DNA of 64,000 nucleotides from Omnitrophica WOR_2 bacterium GWF2_43_52 (GTDB lineage Bacteria; Omnitrophota; Gorgyraeia; Gygaellales; UBA12090): NCBI GenBank assembly GCA_001805445.1, contig MHGF01000025.1, positions 64,338 to 128,337 of the forward strand, read 5' to 3'. Shown piece by piece: positions 58,601 to 64,000 of this stretch (position 1 is its first letter; each line of letters starts with the position of its first letter). The notes under the pieces were generated by a model. It saw only the letters and a program-made list of their open reading frames with translations, ran no database searches and was not told where the DNA came from. The position numbers and the translations under genes were made by a program.

Positions 58601-61559
58601 TGATGATAAAGGCAATCTCATTAAAGACACAGTTTGGATTTTTGATCCTCTAACGTCTATCGTCAATCTTCCCTCGTCCGTCTATTCTTACGACTCTTTC
58701 GGCAACCTTATCTCAACCACCAATGCCTTAGAAAAAACCGTTACCACTGATTACGAAACTACTTATTACACCTACCCGCAAAAAATCACTAATTCACTCG
58801 GCCAATTTGTAAGATATACCTACGAGCCAAAGTTCGGGGTAGTTAAGTCTACCACCGATGCCAATGGCATAGTAGCCGAGTCAGAGTATGACTCACTTGG
58901 CAGGGTCACTAAAGTATTGGCGAATGCCCAAACCAAAGCCACCTACAGTTATCCAGATTTTAACACCAAGATATCCACCAATGCCCTGAACTTCTCAAGT
59001 ACCGAGTATATTGACGGCTTAGGCAGGAAGTATAAGAGCGTATCAGTAGGCGAAGACGGAGCAACAGCAAGACAAGTTTCAAGTGAGGTATATTACAACA
59101 ATCGAGGCATGGTAGAGCGAGAGTCCCTTGCCCATTATATTGATGAGGCTTCAAGTAATATTGCTTACGTAAAATATGAATACGATATTAGAGGAAGAAT
59201 CAAAAAGACCATTGCCGATTTCACCGGCACAACAAAAGACACAGAAAGCTCTATCAATTACATCAGCCCCTTACAGGTAGAGACAACAGACCCTAAAGGC
59301 CACCGCAAAGGAACTAAAAAAGATGTCTACGGCAATATAATTGAGGTAATTGAATATGCCGGAACCGACGGCGTATTCCACACCTACTACGAATATGACA
59401 CCCAGGGCAACCTGCTAAAGACTACTGATAATCAGGGTAACGTCACCCAGCTCACCTACGACTCAATCGGCAGGAAGCTCAAGATGATAGACCCGGATAT
59501 GGGTACCTGGAGCTATGAGTATGACCTCTTAGGCAACCTAAAGAAACAAACCGACGCCAAAAGCCAAACCTTAGAGTTTGAATATGATGAGCTTAACCGG
59601 TTAACCCGCAAACTCGCTAACTCGCAAACCTTAGTTACTTACCTCTACGACGACTCCACCAAATCCAACTGCATCGGCAGGCTCTCTAAAGTCACCGACC
59701 AAAGCGGCTCAACCGAATTCTTCTACGACACCCTAGGCCGGGAAACCAAATCTATCAAAACCGTCAACACCTCCGAGGTTGCCGAAGGAATCCTCGGAGG
59801 TGAAATCGGTTATACTATCCAACGCGAATACGATGCCTTAGACCGCCTCACCAAACTCACCTATCCGGATAACACCGCAGTCAACTATAGCTACGACACA
59901 AACTCAGGGCTCCTTGAGCGCGTATACACAAGTAATGGCCCGGTAATAACTAATTACGTCAATAGCATCACCTACAACGCCCAAGGCCAAATGAGGGCCA
60001 CGAGCTACGGTAACGGCACAAGCACCACCTACACCTATGGCCAAGACCTGAGGTTGTCAAGAATTCTTACGAGGGACGAAGGACGAGGGACGAATTTACA
60101 AGACCTAAATTACATCTTTGACAAGAATGGCAACGTTTCAACCTTAACCGACAACCTAAGAAGCAATATCCGAAGCTATACCTACGATGATTTAGACCGC
60201 CTCACCCAAGCGCAGAATGTTCCTGATCCTAACGGCGGCTACACCACCTTTAGCTACCAATACGACTCCATAGGCAATATGATTTACAAGTCAGACGTCG
60301 GAGTAATGAGCTATGGTGGAAACGGTTCAACTCGCCCCCACGCCGTAACCAGTGCCGGCGGCTACACCTACCAATACGACGCCAACGGCAATACGGTAAG
60401 CGGCAAGAATAAGACGATGGAATATGACCTTGAAAACCGCCTCACTTCTGTTGACAGTGGACAGTTGACTGAAAGCTATCTGTATGATGGGGACGGGGGC
60501 AGAGTCCGAAAGACGAAAGACGATGGAAGTGGGACGATAAGTTCTACCACCTATATCGGCTCACTCTATGAAGTAGACTCCGACGGCACAATCCGTAAGC
60601 ACATTTTCAGCGGAGCAAATAGAGTTTGCACGGTTACGAAGGACGGGGGAAGTCAGACGACGGACGTCTCATACTATCATTCCGACCATTTAGGCTCAAG
60701 CAGTATTATTAGCGACGCAAGCGGCGCTCAGGTTGAGCATTATGAGTATACTCCCTACGGCACCACTGCTGTTTCCGACGTCTCACGTCCTTCGTCACTC
60801 ATCCATCATAAGTTCACCGGCAAAGAACTAGACTCGACCGGCCTCTACTTCTACGGAGCGAGGTACTACGATCCCGAGATCGGCCGCTTTATAACAGCAG
60901 ACACCATCGTCCAAGCGCCCTATGACTCGCAGAGTTTCAATCGATACGCCTACTGTAGAAACAATCCGATTAACTATATCGACCCGACCGGACATAATTG
61001 GTTAAAAAACATTTTCGAAGAGATCAGTAGATGGTTTAGACAGGCAGAACGTGGTTTAGAAAAAGCCACAGGTGCAGAGTGGGATATAAGCGTCAGCACG
61101 CAGGCAGCATTTAGGTTTGATACGGGTCCGAGAGGAGGACAATCTTCCAGTAACAATAATTATATTTGGAGTTATCATAATATCACATCAGTGTCAACAA
61201 CAACACCGGAAGTTGCGGAGACAGTATCAACAAGTCAAGTTGAAGCACCTACATATTCACAACAATACATTCAAAGTTTTTCGCTAGAAGGGTCTTCTTC
61301 TCCCGGAATAGAGTTTGGTCTTATTGCAGGGGGTATTACTTATGGTGCTACCGCAGAAGTTTCTGTCCCTCTTACGATAGTTTCTATTGCTGCAATCGCG
61401 CTTTATTCATCAGCAAAATCGCATTCAAAATCTATTTCTTTTGGATCGCCTCGGGGTAGAACCAAGGGTCTAGTCGTTGAAATAGTAGGGTATCATGCAG
61501 GTGGGGACATATTCGGTGGTTTTAATATGGCAATAGATATGGGCCTGCCTTATATATGA
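55644..61559 (+). CDS. RHS-family polymorphic toxin: N-terminal hydrophobic segment, Ig/cadherin-like domains, FG-GAP repeats, TcdB mid-N-like region, YD/RHS repeats, RHS core (…DPTGH) and a ~185-aa glycine-zipper C-terminal domain
   Basis: GDFNGDALTDIGL-type FG-GAP repeats (about seven copies). YD repeats (YEYDTQGNLLKTTD...). Core YYHSDHLGSSSII...YGARYYDPEIGRFITADT...NPINYIDPTGH. Confidence 0.9.
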   Translation: MKKSRYNLIERLIAGSLIVLHVLTFGPARDALAFSAASASYKLSAGALNEGSKSRSASSTQLWQDAIGEPITGKATSASYVLQAGIIPILQTNPPALTQDIPYQNWQLNTTKSNAFDLDDYFSSETDSLSYSVSGNSQITVSIDSNTHQVSFSQATGWTGVEKVYFYATDSEGNTCQSNEVPLQVINPTLNDKPVIAGVELSPASIQEGNVVTMKVKAYDPDGDTLSFSYSSFFTQTRTWQEGGYWYSEATWQTAASSKGHYSVNVTVKDPATLSDTEDVVVNVGNTNNPPVLSAIAAITKNEGELVVITPQATDADNDSISYYYSSPFDSSGKWLTDYDDAGSYSVTVIASDGIDTVSQSVSVTINNTNRAPSASLTLSKYTVNPNEETSITLTGTDFDGDTLSFSLKKDGTVIASGSLSASYTTTTSFSTIGDHTVSATVTDSGGLSATDSVNVDVVDPNTNKEAINPVMGDFNGDALTDIGLHNSDTGTWEVAISDKGSFTAAVDWLTNFGTTRDWQPIGGDFNGDAKTDIGIYNSSTGELKIATSTGTGFSSGGTWLSVSFVSSAWQLFTANFNADKYTDIALYNRDAGEVRVALGTGSGFGSFNTWLSNTSDTGYIAMSGDFNADSLSDLCLFKKTTGEFKVAFSNSKAFVDESSWISGYATDKDPLLSDFNNDGLTDIGYWDKTSYTWDYAISTGTGFKGQGTWLSNFGQSSDDSATTGDFDGNGITDAAIFDRDKIGIDRWTTRLNSSTKPADLLTEVDNSIGGKTQISYTYASASDNSELPFPVYVTQSVKVIDSKPSTEAEESYTQNFNYSGGYFDSTEREFRGFKTVKATDPITNNYSQTYFYQGRSGQDGALKGQIEKIISYDGNGKKISQSFNTYEVRKSGPEENILGFPALTQTESTVWEENETSITTRSSFSYDNIGNLLEGKDEGDTSKTGDEKSSITSYNQAYTVGYNRPKEVELKDKDGATVSKKNFEYDDKGNLIKDTVWIFDPLTSIVNLPSSVYSYDSFGNLISTTNALEKTVTTDYETTYYTYPQKITNSLGQFVRYTYEPKFGVVKSTTDANGIVAESEYDSLGRVTKVLANAQTKATYSYPDFNTKISTNALNFSSTEYIDGLGRKYKSVSVGEDGATARQVSSEVYYNNRGMVERESLAHYIDEASSNIAYVKYEYDIRGRIKKTIADFTGTTKDTESSINYISPLQVETTDPKGHRKGTKKDVYGNIIEVIEYAGTDGVFHTYYEYDTQGNLLKTTDNQGNVTQLTYDSIGRKLKMIDPDMGTWSYEYDLLGNLKKQTDAKSQTLEFEYDELNRLTRKLANSQTLVTYLYDDSTKSNCIGRLSKVTDQSGSTEFFYDTLGRETKSIKTVNTSEVAEGILGGEIGYTIQREYDALDRLTKLTYPDNTAVNYSYDTNSGLLERVYTSNGPVITNYVNSITYNAQGQMRATSYGNGTSTTYTYGQDLRLSRILTRDEGRGTNLQDLNYIFDKNGNVSTLTDNLRSNIRSYTYDDLDRLTQAQNVPDPNGGYTTFSYQYDSIGNMIYKSDVGVMSYGGNGSTRPHAVTSAGGYTYQYDANGNTVSGKNKTMEYDLENRLTSVDSGQLTESYLYDGDGGRVRKTKDDGSGTISSTTYIGSLYEVDSDGTIRKHIFSGANRVCTVTKDGGSQTTDVSYYHSDHLGSSSIISDASGAQVEHYEYTPYGTTAVSDVSRPSSLIHHKFTGKELDSTGLYFYGARYYDPEIGRFITADTIVQAPYDSQSFNRYAYCRNNPINYIDPTGHNWLKNIFEEISRWFRQAERGLEKATGAEWDISVSTQAAFRFDTGPRGGQSSSNNNYIWSYHNITSVSTTTPEVAETVSTSQVEAPTYSQQYIQSFSLEGSSSPGIEFGLIAGGITYGATAEVSVPLTIVSIAAIALYSSAKSHSKSISFGSPRGRTKGLVVEIVGYHAGGDIFGGFNMAIDMGLPYI

Positions 61560-61822
61560 ATAATACTCAAGCTGGTGCAGTAGCAGAAAGTACTAATCAA
61601 TCGCATCTTTACAAGTTCCAACTTAACGTTGAATCTTCAAAAATTCTGACTGTAAGCAAAACATCAGAATCAAAAATTTTTAATTTTGGCGTTAGATTAT
61701 TTGCTACTGTAACAGGAAAACAGCTTATTGCTTATCCTTCTACGCAGGCTCAAGGAACAACTAATTATGCAGTCATTGACCAGATGTTAGTAAATACAGC
61801 TAAGCGAGAATTAATGTATTAG
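61556..61822 (+). CDS. Candidate immunity protein for the RHS C-terminal toxin
   Basis: An 88-aa ORF translationally coupled to the RHS gene (ATGA overlap) and AT-rich like the toxin tip. Confidence 0.4.
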   Translation: MNNTQAGAVAESTNQSHLYKFQLNVESSKILTVSKTSESKIFNFGVRLFATVTGKQLIAYPSTQAQGTTNYAVIDQMLVNTAKRELMY

Positions 61823-61835
61823 CAACGTAGAAAGA

Positions 61836-62141
61836 ATGAAAATTAATTTTACCATTTCAGGGGTATTGCTTGATGAAGAAGGAAAGGGGGTTGAGGGAAG
61901 TTTGTCTTTATTCGGATACGAAGAACAAGGTTATTTGAATACGAAAGAAGATGGGAGTTTTACTCTAAATATAACTAATTGTTCATGCTTTGATATGCTT
62001 TTTAAAAAACATTTAGTTGTATGGATAAAAACCGGCGAAAATAAATTTGAAGGTAAAATGGGATATGATTTCCGAATTTGTCCCAATAAACATGTTAAAC
62101 TGAGGATCTACCCTTTTTCTAAACGAATAATAAGGGAGTAA
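61836..62141 (+). CDS. Second small hypothetical protein of the toxin tip (orphan immunity candidate)
   Basis: A 101-aa ORF in the same AT-rich segment. Confidence 0.3.
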   Translation: MKINFTISGVLLDEEGKGVEGSLSLFGYEEQGYLNTKEDGSFTLNITNCSCFDMLFKKHLVVWIKTGENKFEGKMGYDFRICPNKHVKLRIYPFSKRIIRE

Positions 62142-62237
62142 TCAACGAGTAGGGGACGTTGTTAACTTGTAAACTTATGTAATGCTCCCCATTAGTCAAG
62201 AAGTGCGAAGGGGTCAGACCTTGAAATGTGAAATAGA

Positions 62238-62266
62238 TTGACAAAGAGTTCGTAACCGCATACAAT
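62238..62266 (+). promoter_or_regulatory. Consensus sigma70 promoter TTGACA-N17-TACAAT, 6 nt upstream of the ATG (leaderless-type)
   Basis: Seen directly. Confidence 0.45.
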
Positions 62267-62272
62267 GCCCGT

Positions 62273-62446
62273 ATGTTTCGCCCTTATAGATTACAAGCCG
62301 AAGGCCTGCTCTATCACATTACCTCTCGCGGTGACGATAGGAAGAAAATCTTCTTGAGCGAAGCCGACTACCGAAAATTCCTAGAATACCTTAAGGCAGC
62401 CAAAGACAAGTTTGAGTTTTTCCTGTACGCCTATTGCCTCATGGGT
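62273..62446 (+). pseudogene. 5' part of a COG1943 IS200-like/REP-associated Y1 transposase-like gene, interrupted by an IS3 element
   Basis: MFRPYRLQAEGLLYHITSRGDDRKKIF...FLYAYCLMG, then the IS. Its continuation is at 63700. Confidence 0.7.
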
Positions 62447-62471
62447 TGACCTTACCCCGTTTATTGTACCA

Positions 62472-63326
62472 TTAGGAATTGGGCATTCCAGCGTTAATTG
62501 ATAGGTTATCCACAGCTACAGCCGTGGGCATTTCTTCCTTAAGCTTGCATATAAACTCTTCCGGCGTTAAATTATCAAGCGAACTATGTGGTCTCTCAGT
62601 ATTATAATCTACGCGCCACTCCTCAATAACCTTCCGTGCATGATCCAAGCTTATAAAATAGTGCAAGTTTAAACACTCATCCCTTAGTTTTCCGTTAAAG
62701 CTCTCCATGTACATATTTTCAACCGGCTTACCCGGAGTAATGAAAAAAAGCTTTACCCCGCGCCTATACGCCCATTCATCAAGGGCTTTACCAATAAATT
62801 CAGGGCCGTTGTCGATTATAATAATCTCAGGCAGCCCTTCTTCCGGGGCTATTTCGTTTAATACCCTTACCACTCTTACGCCTGTAATTGATGTATCTGT
62901 TTCTATCCGAAAACACTTTTTGGTATATTCATCAATAATCGGCAGCACTTTAAGCTTACGGCCGCTGGAAAGCGCGTCCTTCATAAAATCCATGCTCCAG
63001 ATATGGTTTGTATGCGTAGGCCGAGGGACCTCTGTCCTTAGGGCCGATGCCATCTTTTTTCTACGACGGATACGAAGCAATAAACCTTCTTCCTTATAGA
63101 TACGTTCCGTCCTTTTATGGTTAATGACGAAACCATCTCTCCTTAAGAGCACATGAAGCCTTGGACAGCCGAAGCGCTTGCGCTTCTGAGCGTGTTCTTT
63201 TAACCTTGCGTGGATAATTGCTTCATCCGGCTTCTCTCTAGCCTTATATCTGAAACTCGTCCTGGATAGACCTATTAGCCTGCATGCCCTTCTTAAGGCC
63301 AGCCCAAAATATTCGATGAGATACAT
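62472..63326 (-). CDS. IS3 transposase OrfB (DDE integrase core, rve domain)
   Basis: HIWSMDFMKDALSSGRKLKVLPIIDEYT...IIIDNGPEF...NTERPHSSL. Confidence 0.85.
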   Translation of the reverse strand: MYLIEYFGLALRRACRLIGLSRTSFRYKAREKPDEAIIHARLKEHAQKRKRFGCPRLHVLLRRDGFVINHKRTERIYKEEGLLLRIRRRKKMASALRTEVPRPTHTNHIWSMDFMKDALSSGRKLKVLPIIDEYTKKCFRIETDTSITGVRVVRVLNEIAPEEGLPEIIIIDNGPEFIGKALDEWAYRRGVKLFFITPGKPVENMYMESFNGKLRDECLNLHYFISLDHARKVIEEWRVDYNTERPHSSLDNLTPEEFICKLKEEMPTAVAVDNLSINAGMPNS

Positions 63327-63352
63327 GATAGCCTCTCGTTTTACCTTGGGCT

Positions 63353-63661
63353 TTAGAAGTTTTTTGAAACCACCGCCTTAAGTGCCTGAATATCAAGCGT
63401 CTGGTCAGCAACAATATGTTTCAGGCGGCTGTTTTCATCTTCTAATACCCTAAGCCTTCTTGCTTCGCTCACCGTAAGTCCGCCGAATTTAGCCTTCCAG
63501 TTATAAATGGTGGTATTGCTTACACCATGTTTACGGCCTAAGTCTTCGGCTTTTATACCTACCTCAAGCTCCTTCAAGATGCCAATGATCTGCTCTTCTG
63601 TGAAACGCTTGCCTCTCATAGCACACCCCCTTGTTAGTTGTTTTACCATGCTGGTTGTCAA
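63353..63661 (-). CDS. IS3 transposase OrfA (HTH/leucine zipper)
   Basis: MRGKRFTEEQIIGILKELEVG...RRLRVLEDENSRLK. The slippery A AAA AAC motif lies at the orfA 3' end (minus strand of about 63347-63357). Confidence 0.85.
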   Translation of the reverse strand: MTTSMVKQLTRGCAMRGKRFTEEQIIGILKELEVGIKAEDLGRKHGVSNTTIYNWKAKFGGLTVSEARRLRVLEDENSRLKHIVADQTLDIQALKAVVSKNF

Positions 63662-63699
63662 ATTACAAGTGGTACTGTTTTAGGGGGTAAGGTCAGGGT

Positions 63700-64000
63700 A
63701 ACCATTACCATTTATTGCTAGAAACCACCCAGCCCAATATATCCCGCATAATGCAATCTATCAATACCGCCTACACCGTATATTACAATCTGAAGCGTAA
63801 GCGCTGCGGCCATCTATTTCAAGGCCGGTTTAAATCCATAGTAGTTGATAAGGACAGCTATCTTCTGGAGTTGACGCGCTACATTCATCTTAACCCTGTA
63901 CGGGCAAAGATTGTTGAGAGCCCTGAAGAGTTCAGATGGTCAAGCTATAATGACTATTTGAAGGGAACCAGTGCAAGCCTTGTTGATACGGCTGAGGCCT
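63700..64000 (+). pseudogene. 3' continuation of the interrupted COG1943 transposase-like gene (runs off the window)
   Basis: NHYHLLLETTQPNISRIMQSINTAYTVYYNLKRKRCGHLFQGRFKSIVVD...YIHLNPVRAKIVESPEEFRWSSY. Joining CLMG|NHYHLL across the IS restores a typical Y1 transposase. Confidence 0.7.

Larger units (their letters stand above)
62447..63695 (-). mobile_element. IS3-family insertion sequence (1249 bp) with orfA/orfB, imperfect terminal inverted repeats TGACCTTACCCC... and a GGGT target-site duplication
   Basis: IRL at 62447 (TGACCTTACCCCGTTTATTGTACC). The reverse complement of the IRR reads TGACCTTACCCCCTAAAACAGTACC. GGGT lies at 62443-62446 and again at 63696-63699. Confidence 0.85.

Noticed and set aside
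19845-60096. 17-nt identical string ACGAAGGACGAGGGACG shared by the B12-rSAM gene and the RHS gene
   Set aside because: It is a purine-rich low-complexity GACGA(G/A)GG motif that is internally repeated in the RHS copy. Coincidence is the most likely explanation, with no flanking similarity.
1-64000. tRNA, rRNA or tmRNA genes
   Set aside because: No intergenic region of suitable length showed cloverleaf-like complementarity or rRNA-like conserved strings by eye. A tRNAscan or Infernal run would be needed to be certain.

Overview
This 64-kb window looks like it comes from an uncultivated, moderately AT-rich bacterium. It contains six blocks. (1) 1-4.6 kb: a type IV pilus assembly operon pilMNOPQ, preceded by the 3' end of an unknown gene. 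(2) 4.7-16.5 kb: a housekeeping stretch with a DUF2344 protein and RNase G, rplU, obg, proB, proA, nadD, rpe, a phosphohexomutase, plsC, rpsA and tyrS. rpmA (L27) is missing between rplU and obg. (3) 16.6-41.7 kb: a roughly 25-kb surface glycan biosynthesis island. It encodes a Wzx-type flippase, five glycosyltransferases, five NAD-dependent sugar epimerases/dehydratases, a UDP-sugar dehydrogenase, an ATP-grasp ligase, an SDR, an acetyltransferase, two B12-binding radical SAM enzymes, six SAM methyltransferases, a SemiSWEET and a 608-aa polytopic membrane protein. Two toxin-antitoxin-like insertions interrupt it (at 21.3-22.1 kb and 24.5-26.4 kb). It turns visibly AT-rich after about 26.4 kb. 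(4) 41.5-46.1 kb: three small defence or toxin-antitoxin islets arranged in tandem. They carry a COG1373 ATPase with a MNT nucleotidyltransferase, a DUF433/DUF5615 pair, and an AbiEii-like protein with an XRE regulator. Each islet ends with a progressively more degenerate copy of the last ~125 nt of the upstream membrane-protein gene, which looks like serial site-specific insertion at that gene end. (5) 46.3-62.1 kb: a polymorphic toxin locus. A 1122-aa secreted protein has three novel ~145-aa tandem repeats and a C-terminal SpvB domain. Six kb downstream, a 1971-aa protein has FG-GAP repeats, a TcdB mid-N-like region, RHS/YD repeats, an RHS core and an AT-rich glycine-zipper C-terminal domain, followed by two small candidate immunity genes. 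Between these two large genes sit a four-helix-bundle protein, secreted proteins, a methyltransferase and a PIN/AbrB toxin-antitoxin cassette flanked by ~100-170-bp direct repeats. (6) 62.2-64.0 kb: a COG1943 (IS200-like, Y1 HUH) transposase-like gene is interrupted by a 1249-bp IS3-family element with a 4-bp GGGT target duplication and an A AAA AAC frameshift motif. I found no rRNA, tRNA or CRISPR array by eye. All coordinates and calls are from reading the ORF track and sequence by hand; no database search was run.
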